Counted from the first letter of the stretch, positions 1-13,540 are shown. The stretch: DNA of 64,000 nt from the human T2T-CHM13v2.0 reference genome, Homo sapiens (GCF_009914755.1 NC_060927.1); one strand, 5' to 3'. Made by a program: numbers and translations. Notes: generated by a model from the letters alone, not told the origin.

Positions 1-9
1 CGCAGCCAC

Positions 10-165
10 AGTCTAGCTTTGTGATTGCAAGTGACTTAATTAAGTCTTATTAAGTCTCACTTCACTCAAAGCATGCAATCATAATCCCTTCTTAACGTTT
101 TGATGGGGATGAATGAGATAATAGGTAGCTTAGCACAAAATCTGGCACATAATAATTGAGTAGCA
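10..165 (+). mobile_element. MIR SINE relic
   Basis: Degenerate MIR core and 3' motifs (gatgaatgagataat...cttagcacaaaatctggcacataata); boundaries approximate. Confidence 0.6.
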
Positions 166-1029
166 AAATGGGTAGATTTAATGTTAAAATACTATATTTT
201 ACAAATGTATGTCTAGTCTTTGTTTCATTGTATGGATAACAGATTTCAGAGTTCATTTCCCGGATATATACTTTTATAACCTGCTCCCTCTATTTTTATC
301 ATAAGTACTCTCAAACATCAACACAATCTCTTTATAAATATCACATTGAATGGCTACATAATAGGCTATCATAAGACTTCACCAACTTTCTTCAATTATA
401 ATATCTTTTATTGATAGAAATTTAGGTTGTTTCCTAACCTCTCATAAATAAAGCTACATGAAAATATGTCCATCAAATTTACATTAATGATTCCTCTGGT
501 ACCTTGAACCCCTACTCCTTCCACACACACTTCTCTATTTTCACCTCTATCCATTCCACTGAGGAGTATGGTAGATTCAGTTTTTAGTCCTGTCTCTGAA
601 TGTCATTCAACTTTACTGGGCCTCAATTTTTCTCCTGCAAAAAGATCTCCGGGTCACTCTCAAGCCTAACATTCTACTATTTTATGTCTTGAACTTTTGC
701 TTTTATAAAGGAACAGGTATCATAAAAAGACGATTAAAATTCAAGTCACCAAACCCTGTCAGTACTGCCTCTAATTTATGCGACTGGATGCCAATACCTT
801 TACCGGATACCAATACCTTTACCAATACCTCGCCTTCTGAGTGTCATTCACCTGTTTACTCCCATCAAGGGGCACTGTTGACTCATTGGGACCCTCCGTC
901 TGTCATTTTGAAACCCCAAGGTTGCCAGCCATGGAGGCACCCTTCCCATTGAGGCACAGCTTACAGTGCCAGGAGCTGCCTGGCCCCCACTTTCATCTCT
1001 AACCTCCTCTGAGGCTGCCTTTCTCTGAC

Positions 1030-1510
1030 TCCCCGTGCGCTAGCTACAGTGCCTTTCTTTAAGGCTACAGTGGCCTTTCTTTCATCTTTTGCTATGCCGA
1101 CTCCTTTCTTGTCTCAGGGCTTTTTCACATCTCTTTGCTCTGTCTGACCTGCCATTCTCTCGCATCTCGTTGCAGGATTACCTTTTTATTCTTTCTTTGG
1201 TGGCAATGAAAATATCGCCTCCTCAAAGCCCTCCCCTGCCCACAGCATAAAAAGCAGCCCTCCCCTTCCCTATTCTGTAACATAGTCCCTTATTGCTCAG
1301 TGACTATCTAGCAATGATCGCAGTCTGAATTTGTTAACTTATTTATTCATGAATATTTTTTCTTCTTTTTTGTTTTTATTTTTGTCTCTGCTCTATAATG
1401 AAAGCTCCATGAAAGCAGGGACTATAGTTGTCCTGTTCTTCATTATAGCACTAGTCTCTACTATGCTATGTGCCTGGAATTTTTTTTTTGTACTCAATAT
1501 TTTTTTTTAA
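1030..1510 (+). mobile_element. L2 LINE 3' end relic
   Basis: L2 3' motifs aagctccatgaaagcagggac...gtgcctgg...tactcaatat; boundaries approximate. Confidence 0.65.
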
Positions 1511-2193
1511 TACATGAAAAAGTATTAGTTGGCCAGATTTCTGCAGAAATTCTGTAAACAAAGAAATCAACGTGAACGCAAACAAACCAAAAACCCTAAC
1601 TCAGCCTTGTTTAAACCTGAATAAAATAAGCAATATCAGGAGTCTTTTAATATTTGTGAAATGTTAGCTTTCTCCTTACATTAAACCTAAACCTCACCAT
1701 CTTGCAAATGGCCAGAACGCCTAGTAAATCAGCCTTCACCTTGACAGAGGAAGAATATAGAGAAAGGATTTCAACAGAACTGAAGTGAGGGTGATCATAG
1801 CAATCTTCAGTGTACTGAGCTGATTTATAGGTACAGACTACTTCTAGATTACCGACCTGCCACTGAATTCCAACTAGGCCCCTTAAAGTATTCCTGCCTG
1901 AGAAAAACACCCCAGCTCTGGATGCACCATCAATATTAAATTCCACGAGAAAGGTGGCTGTGAAAAACACACACGTCTTCCACATTAATGATTCAGGTGA
2001 CTATATCAAGAGCATTGCCTTTTACACCGCAGCCCTGCTTTTCTTGAATAAAGCTCATATGTTTTTTGTTTACCATAGGACTCTCATTCTTTCTTTTTTC
2101 AAAAAAAAGTAGACTTAGCTTGTCTTTTCCAAAGTATTACTTTCCGCAGTTTGCCAAGTCACATTGGTTTTGGTTTATCTCATTCCGTTTTTA

Positions 2194-2239
2194 TTAGGTT
2201 GGTGCAAAAGTAATTGTGGTTTCTGCCATTACTTTCAAT
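2194..2239. mobile_element. MADE1 (mariner MITE), one arm only
   Basis: ttaggttggtgcaaaagtaattgtggtttctgccattactttcaat matches the MADE1/Hsmar1 TIR; the second arm is absent. Confidence 0.85.
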
Positions 2240-2974
2240 AATAACTTAAAAAGGACAAAAATCAATGTTGAACATTGGCCACTGTCAAACCACCATACAT
2301 GGTCTACCTCATTAAAATCAGACCACAGAGTCTGTAATGAATTCTTGTTTCAGGAGTTTACTATCAGGCAAGGAAGATTTTCTGTGTTAAGGTCAAAAAA
2401 TTTCATTCATGCTGCAAATCACTTTGCTTCCAGTCACTGTGCAAAAGTTCATGTCTGTTTATCAAGGATTTCTGGATGCCTCCTGCTATCTGTACATGTG
2501 CCAGAATCTTTGAAGAGAGCATTGTTTTTGTGCAGTGAATTCCAGTTCAGGACAGAGAACATTCCTCCTCAAAACAACCATTTTAGAAGACAGCCTTCAG
2601 TGTAGTATTTCTTACACTGAGTACTGGTTGAGCTTTGCTGTGTATTTCTCTCTCTCTCTCCTCTCTCTCTGTATGTGTGTGTGTTTCTTCATCCTGAAGC
2701 GTTACCACTTAGCCCCAGGGGGAATCTGTATTATTACTTGTAGATGAAAATGTGGTAAAGGGCTATTGTGATTTCAAAACTTCCATATTTTCTCAGATAA
2801 AGTTTCCCTCCAGTTCCCCCTCCCCATTGTTTTCACTCTGAGAGCCTCAAGTTGGGTGCCAATTAAAACTGAGAGAATATTACAGTGTCACAGAACAACT
2901 ATATTAACCACATTTGTCAATATGTGCCATTTTCATTTTAAATGGGAAAGCTCAGAGGGCATTTTCCACTGGAC

Positions 2975-3059
2975 CATCTGGAGGAAGCTGATCTGGCTTC
3001 CTCAGCCAGAGGTTTTACCAGTTGCCACCAATAAGGAACTATTTTGTGATGTTTCCAGA
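2975..3059 (+). repeat. Donor copy of an ~85-bp dispersed duplication (second copy at 4689-4772)
   Basis: Matches 4689-4772 except for one 1-bp indel and a 2-bp difference. Confidence 0.95.
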
Positions 3060-3805
3060 ATTTGAAACCCTCTGCCACTTTGAATCCAGCTTTTAAACGT
3101 CCTTTTGCAAGGCCTGCCAAGAGCGAACTTGTAGAGAGCCAGGTTTCATTTGCAATTCAAAGAGACAACCCTATCATTGAATGTGGTCTTTAAAGGGAAG
3201 GGAGAGAGCAAAAGTTTGAAAAGAAGGAACTCAAGGAAGAGATCCTTCCATTTTGACTAGATATTGTGAATGTCATTCCTCTTGAATTCTTATTGTTCTT
3301 AAATGCTCTGCTCAGTGCCTGTCCTAGGTCCCCTAGCTTATGATTGTGAGTCAAAGTTGTCAGTCAGGTCATTTAAACTCAGAAGTTACCAGTGTCTTTT
3401 TCAAATTTGTGAGAATAGTGCTAGCTGCCCCACCAAGCTAGCATAAGGACTAACTTTTTATTGATCACTGGAAGCAATTCTGGTTTCTCAAAGAAATCAG
3501 ACTAGTTTTGACATAAAACAGAATTTGGCAACAAAGCTTTGGGCAGAAGCACGAATACTTAACATAGGAGAAAGCACAGTGCATGCAAGTAGGTGAAAAA
3601 GAAGGAACTTGAAGGTAGGAAAGAGGGCGTGAGATGTCCATGTATAGGGAATGGGGAATGGTGTGGGGAGGGGAAATGCAAGAAGCCAGATTAAGGAAAT
3701 TGAAGTGTAGAGTGAATAGATCAAGCTCTATCTGAGAAGAAGTCACATATGATCTTTCTGTAAATGAGTAGCCAGGAAGGGTGAAACCATTCCAACAACT
3801 GTTAA

Positions 3806-3964
<159 letters not shown>

Positions 3965-4223
3965 TAAGGATTTAATCATGATAAACATATATTAGTGGAA
4001 AGGGGAACAACACAACATGTAGAAAAGGTAATATTGGGGGAGGCACATTTACAAAAATAGTTTAATTGCCACCAACCAGATAAGCAGGTGTGACGTGGCC
4101 CTACCTCTAATTACCCTGATGTTAGAACCTGATTATTAACTGAAGTGGTGCATTTATATAATGTGCATATAAAAAGCAGTGGACTAAGGAGGAGGGCATA
4201 CATCTGAGGATAGTGTCTGCCCT

Positions 4224-4957
4224 TGTTAAAGTAAAGGGGTCCTGATCCAGACCCCAAGAGGATGTTCTTGGATCTTGCACAAGAAAGAATTCAGGGCAAG
4301 ACCATAAATAATGTGAAAGCAAGTTTTTTAAGAAAGTAAAATAATGAAAGAATGACTACTCCATAGGGCAGAGCAGCAGCATGGGCTGCTCAGCTGCTGA
4401 TACTTAGTTACTTGTTGATTATATGCTAAACAAGGGGTAGGTTATTCATGAGTTTTCAGGGAAAGGGGTGGTCAATTCCCAGAACTGAGGGTTTCTCTCC
4501 CTGTTAGACCATATAAGGTAACTTCCTGACATTGCCGTGGCATCTGTAACTGTCATGGTGCTGGTAGGAGTGTCTCTTAGCATGCTAATTCATTATAATT
4601 AGCGTATAATGAGCAGTGGGAATGACCAGAGGTCACTTTCATCACCGTCTTGGTTTTGGTGAGTTTTGGCTGGGCTTCTTCACTGCAACATCTGGAGGAA
4701 GCTGATCTGGCTTCCTCAGCCAGAGGTTTACCAGTTGCCACCAATAAGGAATCATTTTGTGATGTTTCCAGATTTTGTGATGTTTCCTTTACTGTTTTAT
4801 CCTCAAGGTCTTTATGACCTATATCTTGTGCCAACAGCCTATCTCATTCTGTCACTAAGAATGCCTAACCTCCTGGGAATGCAGCCCAGTGGGCTCAGCC
4901 TCATTTTACCCAGCCCCTATTCAAGATAGAGTCACTCTGGTTCGAACAACTCTGACA
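4224..4957 (-). mobile_element. MER41 (MER41B-like) ERV1 solo LTR carrying a foreign ~100-bp insertion
   Basis: TG...CA ends; perfect 4-bp TSD ccct (4220-4223, 4958-4961); collinear with the second MER41 at 43521-44059. Confidence 0.9.
4455..4484. promoter_or_regulatory. Tandem STAT GAS motifs in MER41 LTR
   Basis: TTCAGGGAA (4455-4463) and TTCCCAGAA (4476-4484) both fit TTCNNNGAA; binding is inferred only. Confidence 0.6.
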
Positions 4958-6023
4958 CCCTGGCATTAACCAGTTTCAAGACTTGGGCACAGACACCTCA
5001 CCTCTGAACATTAGGATCTTTGTCTCCTGAGAAATGTGGTATGGTGGAAAGAAAGCATTTGAGTTTCCACGCCAATAACTGGATTAATGTTATGCCTCAT
5101 ACACTCAACAGCTGTGTGACATCAGACGATATTTCCACTCTCTGAGTCCATTTCCTCCTCTTTGGAATAAGATAATAAAGTCTGTTTTACAGGAAGGAGT
5201 GTGATTTTAAAAAAAGAATATACTGAGGCTGGCACAGGTAGGTGATAAATAAATTAGGTGCTAAAGATAATAGACGGTTATTAACTTTCTAATGAAGGGC
5301 TGAATGACATTTGTGCTTCCTCATAACCCCTAGAATTTTCTCATTCTCTGGATTATTGTTAAAGATAGTGCATATTCACCATAATTATACAGCACATACT
5401 TATTTCTTCACATTTTCAACGAATGTTTTTCTTTGGCTGTCTTTACCAGTTTATTTCAGAAAGAGAGAAACAGCAGAATCACTGGGCCACATTAAAACAA
5501 TATGTCAGGAGAAAAATTAATTCCCTAATGGGGACTTTCTAGAATATTTCCTCTGCGTGTTCCCACCTTCACAAATGATGCAAGATAAAGCACCTTCCGT
5601 CTATCTCAGGATGTGATTTTACAATCCCAATTATTTTTACTGTCAAGAAGCATTTTCTCCATTTCTAGTCAAAATTTGCCTCCTTAATTTCAAATTGTGC
5701 CATGCTAAATAATTCACTGTTCTCTTTGTTTTGCTGGAGATTATGTATATACTAAATATGTTTTCCTCCCCTCCACACCTCTCCCCCGATCCTCTCTCTC
5801 TCTTTGTGTGGCTATTTGAAGGCACACAAATGTGCCTTCCTTAAATCAATAGCTTCTTTACAAAAAATATACACATGCTTTTGCACTCAGCATTTGCTAT
5901 GCTCCTTTGCAACTGAAAATGTATGGATTAATTGGAATGCAATTAACACTCCTGAAACCAAGATCCTAGGATTTTAAGCTTTGAGAAACAGAAAACATAA
6001 TGATAAAAGTAAGAGATATGAGG

Positions 6024-7085
6024 TGTAAACTAAAAATGAAATCCTAAGCCTCCCAGCTGACTAAGCAGACCCCTTCTTGGCTGAGGAGACCCCAGAGAAA
6101 ACTGAAAAACTAAGTCCCTGGCCATGAAGATACAAGAAGTCAGACTCACCTCATTATACCTTCTCCCTTTTGGGATTTAGACACAACAACTGACCTGTAT
6201 TAATGTAAAAATAGATATCATGAGAATGACAAAATAGACTCTTTGTGACAATAAGATATCAAATGATAAACAGGACCTAAGGCTGTGCAAGACAAGGGTT
6301 AAGTCATGCCTGCAGGCCATCAATTTTTCTTACCAGGTCATTTGATCTTGTATATTGTGGCTTGCTCTATGACTATTTTACTTCCTTAACTTAAACATTC
6401 CTTTCTGCCAACTCCAAGTTTTTAGACAAAGTTTTGCTCCTTTAATCAACTGCAAATTAAAGAATCTCTGAATCCACCTATGACTTGTAAGTCCCCCACT
6501 TTAAGATATCCCACCTATTCAGGCCGAACTAACGTATAGCCATTATGTATTGATTTATGTTTTTGCCTGTAACTCTTGCCTCCCTTAAACTTATAAGACC
6601 AAACTGGACTCTGCCTACCTCAAGGTTTCTTGGCTTTGTATTTTCCCTGAGCTGTGATCACTCATATTGATCACTCATATAGAACTTTGCTTCTTAATTC
6701 AGCCAAAACTGGGTTCTTGTCACATGACCAGGAAAAGTTAGGCATACAGACACATTGAAAGGTGAGGGGAATGGAATTTACTGGGTAAAAAGGAAAAAAA
6801 AGAAAAAAAAATCTCTCTCAGCAGAGCAAGAGGGGTTCCTGCTAACAGGCCCCCATTTCACAGATTGATTCCAGGCCACATACAGGAAACTGAAGAGGCC
6901 GGGCTCCTCCCTGCTGCAAACAGCCTGAACTTCTCCTGGCTCAACCCCGCTACCCTAGTGCGCAGACTCGTAGGAGATTCCCCAGGGTCCCTCCTTCTTA
7001 TCTTCCTCCTGCATCTATCAATATTGGTTCAGAATAAACCTTTAAAAATATTTTACTCTGTGGTTTATGTTTTTTTCTGTTAATA
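6024..7085 (+). mobile_element. MER4-group ERV1 solo LTR (MER4C/E-like)
   Basis: Starts tgtaaactaaaaatgaaatcctaagcc; AATAAA near 3' end; 4-bp TSD gagg (6020-6023, 7086-7089). Confidence 0.8.
6681..7020 (-). mobile_element. MER61-like ERV1 solo LTR nested in the MER4-group LTR
   Basis: Ends ...ctgcatctatca like 41718-42092 and shares ggttcttgtcaca...ggaattta; flanked by atat/atat; splits host sequence cactcatat|tggttcagaataaa. Confidence 0.7.
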
Positions 7086-7534
7086 GAGGAAATAAAAGGA
7101 TGAGAGTGATCTTCCAAGGTTCACCCAAGTTATCAGTAGAGCCACATTATGTGCCTGGTCCTTGATAGCTCAAGGGTCACTAAGACACTAAGACGGTCTG
7201 TATCAACATTTATAACGATTTTCTAAGGCCCTGCAAGATCTAGGCAAAAATATAATGAATAAAGAGTAAACCATACTTACTTTTTCAGGCTTCCCAGTAC
7301 GAGAAGAAGGCTCACACCGTTTGGAAATAACTTTTTTAAGCCGGGGTTTAAATTAAAGCACGTTTTGTTGTTGTTGTTGTTTGTTTGTTTTGGTTTTCTG
7401 GTTGATTTTCAGTTACTAAAAATTTTTTTCTGAAATACTTTTTATCATTGTGGTTTTTCCAGATGTTTCAATTAGGATTCTTGTGATTCCGATGACAACT
7501 GAAAGAGAAATAAAAAATAAGAAAAATTATTTCC

Positions 7535-7990
7535 TGTAACTGGAAGTTGAGGATTAGGACAAGTAGGCTTCAAGTTTGGTGGAGCCAATGACTCAACGAC
7601 GCCATCAAAAACTTAGGATTTTTCCCATCTCTCAAAAGATGGAGAAATGAATCTGATCTGTTGGTTAGATCCTCTGGCTGGGGGCCTGGTGGTTAAAGCA
7701 TTTCTAGGGATCCTATGCTTAAAAAGCAATGTCAAGAAGAGAAAAAGAGGCTCTCTTTTTAAAAGGCTAATTGATTTTCACAGAAACCTTAAGCCTCACT
7801 GTCCAGTGTTGAGTCATGTGCTCATTCCAGAATGGATAGCTGGTGAGGAACATAGCATTACCTTAAACTTACCTCAGACCTGAGCTTCTGGCTGTGTGGG
7901 AGAAGGGCAGATAACTCAACAATACCGTGGGTGTCTCAAGAAAATAACAACTGGGGATGGAATACTGGATGGACATCCAACCGTATCAAA
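7535..7990. mobile_element. Old MaLR LTR relic (MLT1J/K/L-like)
   Basis: Degenerate motifs taactggaag...ggcttcaag...ctcaacgacgccatca and gagtcatgtgctcattcc. Confidence 0.45.
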
Positions 7991-9214
7991 TACAGCAGGA
8001 TTCTTTGAATTTTATTTTGATATCCTCACAAAAAAACATAAAAATAAATGATGTTTTGCATATTCTAAACCAATATTGGTGAAGAGCAGAGACTCTAACT
8101 GATTGGGAGGATTTTTGTTAATAAAATATCCAGTAGTTTTCAGCTCACATTTTTGTCATTATGGAGTTTTTTGTTTATTGCTTTTATTTCTTCAAAATCA
8201 GAGTCCCCTGAACATAAAGCTCATAACAAAATCAGAGTTCCCTGGGAGCATATAGCTCATAACGTTCTTCAGCATCTTCTAATGCAAACACAGTCTGAGC
8301 TTGGCAACTGTTTATATAAAAAGGAATTTGTTCAGGAAATATTGTGAAAAGTACAGGGAACAGACACAGAAATCCACCCAGGCTCTGTACTTTAGCATTA
8401 GGCTTAGAAGAGTTGTGGTTTTGCTTCATTCCCTGAAATAAAATATTTGGTTGATTGTTTGGTAGAGGAGTGTGGACGCAGGAAACCACAGTGTATACCT
8501 GGGAGAGGAATTGGGGTGGATAAACTCTCCTCCATTGAGGGGAAGCCTCTAGCTCTATATTTTGCTTCTAATTGACATAGCAGGGCTTTTTTCTTCCTGC
8601 ATCACCACTGTCCTTTCTGCGGTTCCAGTATACATGTTGGATATTGGTTTACATTTCTAAACTTATTGAACGCATGACCCTTTATCTTACCCATTATTTA
8701 CTGTTTAACTGTCAACTTTTACTGCGTATACTCAGGCAATAAGACAGAAAATACATCAAAACCCTTAATATCTTCTTGAAAAGATCTGAAATTACTCTTG
8801 AAAATGAAAAATTAGGTCTATTCTGGATCTCTGAAATACAATATTGTGCTCTTATATGTTTCCATCAAAGAAGGAAAGAGACATTTATTTAGTATAAATA
8901 GTAATATGGGCTAGACTCTGCACTGAGCATTTTAAAAATAGTATCTTATATAACTCATTCACCAGCTCTCAGAGTTAGTATCAGATACTGTTTATTGTCC
9001 ACCAAATAGTTATCCTTCTCTTTTTTATTTTTAACAAAATCCATGTGCCTGACTAAAAGCATTTACTCTCTTGCCTCTAGGTGCCCATGGTGGTAGAGTT
9101 CTTACCAGCGAGACACAATTAGAAATCTTCCAGGGTGTTTGGGAAAAGCTATTATTGCCTTCCTGATACAACGCCCACATCCTCTAGCTCCCATTGTGTG
9201 CATTTACCCTCCCC

Positions 9215-11105
9215 CATTTATGATATAATTATCCTAGATAGTTTCTCTACATACATCTAGAGCCACATCAGTGTCACAATTTTTCTTTCAGCCTTCAAAC
9301 ATACTTTAGAAAACTCAAAGAGAAGAAGAAAAATCTAATGTATTTATTTGTATTTTTGCTGACCATGCTTTTCTTTCTTTTCTATTTTTCGAATTTCCTT
9401 TTTTAAAAAATTTTACTTAGAGAACATCTTTTAGTCACTCTTTTAAAGTAGGTGTGATGATGACAAATTCTCTTAGTTTTTCATCTAATGATGTTTTGAT
9501 TTCCTCTTCATTCCTGAAGGATGTTTTCACTGGCTGTGGGTTTCTGGGTTGACAAATCTTTTCTTTTTAAGACTAGAAAACTATTTTGTCATTTTTTTCT
9601 GGCATCCATGGTTTCTGAGGAGAAATCTGCTGTCCTTCGAATTGTTCTTTTGCCTATGGATAAAAATTCCATTTTTTTTCTGGCAGCTTTCAAGATTTTT
9701 TTCTTTTGTCTTCAGTTTTAAGAAGCTTAATTATATTGCAACTTGGCATGGATTTCTCTGGGCCTTTTCTGTTCAGTGTGAAATCAGTTTCTTGGGTGTG
9801 TAGGTTGATACCTCTTGCCAAATTTGAAAGTTTTCAGCCCTTATTTGCTTGAGTACTTTTTCAGCTCTTATTTCTCGTTTCCTTCCAGTACTCCAACGAC
9901 GTGAATATTGGACCTTCTGTTGTAGTCCAACAGGTCCCTGAAACTCTGTTCACTTTTGTTCAGTCTCTTTTCTCTCTGTTGTTTAAACTTGGTAATTTCT
10001 ACTGTTCCATCTTTCAGGGCCCTGATCTTATCCTCTAGCTCTCCTTTTTGTAGCCACGCCCACCCACTGAGGTTTTTATTCCCATTATACTGTTCTTCAG
10101 TTCTAAAATTTCCATTTAGGTCTTCTTTATACCTTTTATTTCTTTACTGAAGCTTTCTGTTTTTCATTTGTTTCACGTACATTCATGATTACTCTCTGAA
10201 GCATTTTTTATCTTGGCAGCTTCAAAAATCTTCATCTGATAATTCTAAACATCTCTGGTCATCTTGATATTGGCATTTATTGATTTTCCTTTTTTCATTC
10301 AGTTTGGGTCTTCCTGGATTTTGGTATGATGAGTGATTTTTTTATTGAAACGGGGACATTTTCATATTATGTTTTGAGGCTCTAGATCTTATTTAAACCT
10401 TCTGCTTTAGCTGGCTTTCCCTGACATAAGTCCAGCATGTCTAGGAAGAGGAGGATACTAACACATTCCTGCCAAGTGGAGGTAGAAGTCTAGCTTTCCC
10501 ACTTGGTCTCTGTTGACACCCAAGGGGGTAGGGCTCCCCATTACTGCTTGGTGGAATTAAGAGTTCCAGTTCCCCAAATGTTCTCCACTGACACCATGGC
10601 GCCGTGAGCTTCATTACTTGCCAGTGGGGAATAAAAGTCCTGGATCCTACTTGGCCTTTTTTGGCAGCACCCCAGTGGAGGTGTTGAAGCACCTGGTTAT
10701 AGGTGGGGGAGGGAGTCTAGACTTTCCTTGTGGCCTTTACTGTTGGGGATGGGACCACAGTTCTGTGGTATTAGTTGGGGCAGAGTGGTTATTATCTAAA
10801 TATTTTGTATGTTGACAGGCTGCCCGTTTCCTGGTCCTTTGGCTACAGTGAATAAACTTTTGCTGGGGCCATTTTTGTTTCTAATTGGCATTTTCAGGTT
10901 GCCACCTTCTTCAGCTCCAAGACATGAGGCAAAAAAGAGAATCCAGGGAACTCACCGATGTCATTCCTGGAGTCTTAATTATCTAGCCAGTCTGTGCGTT
11001 TCTCTTCACATCTCAGAGTTTTCTCATGTTTGCTGTTGTTTTTAGCTGTACTTTATGGGAGGAATTGGCAAAAGCATCTTTACTGTATATTGCCGGGAAG
11101 CAGAA
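9215..11105 (-). mobile_element. Ancient L1M (L1MC/MD-type) 5' and ORF1-region fragment
   Basis: Long T-rich antisense L1 stretch (acaaattctcttagtttt...cttcattcctgaaggatgttttcactgg...gcagctttcaagattttt); no intact ORF. Confidence 0.75.
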
Positions 11106-13250
11106 ATCACTCAAGAATATACGTCTTAAAAAATCAGCCTCCCAGGTGCTTCTCAGGCAAATGTTCATGAACCACACTTTGAGGAACATTTTATAGAATA
11201 TGAAATTGAGGCCCAGAGAGAAAAACTCAAAGGCAAGATGTCACATACTCAGGTTGCACAGCAGAGATTCTAAACTAGAAACCACATCACATCTCCTGGC
11301 TTCCATTTCAATGCCATTTCCTCCTTGTGGCACAATATCGAACTACTAAGAATACCAAAGGGGATTAATGTACCAATTTCACTGTGATTCATGGAGATCA
11401 GTTTGTAGACATGCAGGAAATGTTAATTCTCTGCAAATACAGTTATTCATACCTTGATGTCAATTGTATCACCCTCAGCGGAGACAGTTTTTCAGATGTC
11501 ACCAGTGTTGTGGACAGGAAGTCTGTATTTAGGCAGCCTTCAGAAGCCCTTGAACTCCCTGAAGTGAAATCTGGAGGGACTGGAAATGGCATGAGACTGA
11601 AGGCAGCACGAGTGCAGCTAATGAAATATGGGCATCCTCCAGTGGCTGCCGTTCATTTCACTGGCCCCATGCACAGGTTGTACCAGATGGTGCTCTCATG
11701 GTTTCCATCAATGCAGAACTGTGATGAAGAAGGGGAGGAGAAAAATGGATGAGAAAAATAACACCAATCTGCACAGCTGAAAATAATTATGATTACATGG
11801 CTAATGACCCAGGGAATTAGACAAAGCCAAGCTTATTGGAACTCAGGCCACATGCAGGCAAATGTCACAATTTAATGACAAAAGATGAATTGCTTTATCT
11901 CCTACATAGTAACTCATGATGGGGAGTGGTGATTCTTCTTTCTGAATCACTGTCTTAGAGTAAAGTCATGAGGAGACCCACGTAATGAGTGTCTTCTCAT
12001 TTTGAAAGGGAATTGAACCTAGAAAATTAAAAAAATAAAGAAACTTCAGCAAATATGATATTTATATTCATTTTCACCTGTAGGAGTAGTAGGCAGCAAC
12101 CTACAAGATATTGGAGGCAGTCTTGTTGCCACCAAAATATAGATTATGTATCCTTTAAAGAGAAAGGTCAAATCTTACTCTTTTGTGGTCACTTAAAAGC
12201 ATTTATTGAGATTCTGCCATGTACGTGGCCCTGCTTAACAACCTGTGATAGAAAGATGAAAAAAGATGCTGCTCCTACCCAGCCCAGAAGAGTTCACACT
12301 GTATAAATATTGATTGGGGGTGGATGACTGATTGCAATTCCCTATAGAGACCCTGTCGAGGTTTCTGAAATTCTGACTTCTTTCCATTACAGCTGTGAAA
12401 GCTGATAATCAAATGCTGGTAGTTCAAGTATTCATTCTTTAATTCATTCACTCAGTAATTCTGTAAATCTTCATTGAGTATTGATTATGTGTCAGGCACT
12501 GTGTGTGGCACTAGGCTTAAAATGGGGAAAAATGTTTTAATATAATTATATTATGTGATTATATGACATATTAAGCTATGATCTGTTTATAAAAAGTACA
12601 TAATGCAGGGGGAGTCACAATGTTTAGAAATCAGAGATGAAATTTTTGACTATTAGAAAGGTTTATGCAAAAGAGATTGAATTATTAGTTCCGACAAATG
12701 CATTAGCCAGTCAGAAAAAAAAAGTAAAACAAATACCATTAATATTTTGGATCTTAAAAAGCATGTTTATAAAAATCGCATTAGGGAAGTGCATAGCTTA
12801 GAAGATTGGCAATGAAAGACCAAACATTTTAAGTGCATGTAATTGGTTGACATCTAGCCAAAATTGATAACAAATGCAACTCATCCCCATCTGCTGATTT
12901 ATGTAAATGAGTTGGTGATCTCATTTGGTTTGCTAGGAGACAGGTGTCTCTATTGCTGAAGCAGCTACTCAGTTGGCACTTAGCCCCAGTCTAAAGCAAA
13001 AGTCTTAAATTTAGCTGTGGCGTAAGGCTCAGCTTAAAATATGGTCCCTAAAATCCCAGGACAAGACAGTAAGGCCAGAACTGAAAATCACTGTAGGTTT
13101 GTGTCCTGTCTGTCCAAGGGCTGTCTCTGCCATGACAAGTACATTTTCAAACTGCTATGCATGCATTGTCTACTGGATTCTTCCAGCGTGGAAGTTCTGC
13201 AGGAAGAGAGCACGCAAAGAAATTTTTTTCTGAATACTTTTAAACCCACA

Positions 13251-13540
13251 TTTTTTTTTGCGGGGGTGATGGAGTCTCACTCTGTTGCCAGGCTGGAGTG
13301 CAGTGGCGCAATCTCGGCTCACCACATCCTCTGACTCCCAGATTCAAGCGATTCTCCTGCCTCAGCCTCCCGAGTAGCTGGGATTACAGGCACATGCCAG
13401 TATGCCCAGCTAATTTTTGTATTTTTAGTAGAGATGGTATTTCACCATATTGGCCAGGATGGTCTTCTCCTGACCTCCCGATCCACCCGCCTCGGCCTCC
13501 CAAAGTGCTGAGATATAGGCGTGAGCCACCACTCCTGGCC
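13251..13540 (-). mobile_element. AluS (AluSc-like)
   Basis: Full dimer; gttgccaggctgg and ccaggatggtc diagnostics; flanks taaacccacatttt / taagtccacatttt. Confidence 0.92.

Noticed and set aside
1647-1985. 112-aa ORF in unique DNA; similar ORFs at 11384-11752 and 14927-15289
   Set aside because: I recognise no domain or homology, and lengths are within chance expectation.
2194-2239. MADE1 as a miR-548-type precursor
   Set aside because: Only one arm is present, so the hairpin cannot form.
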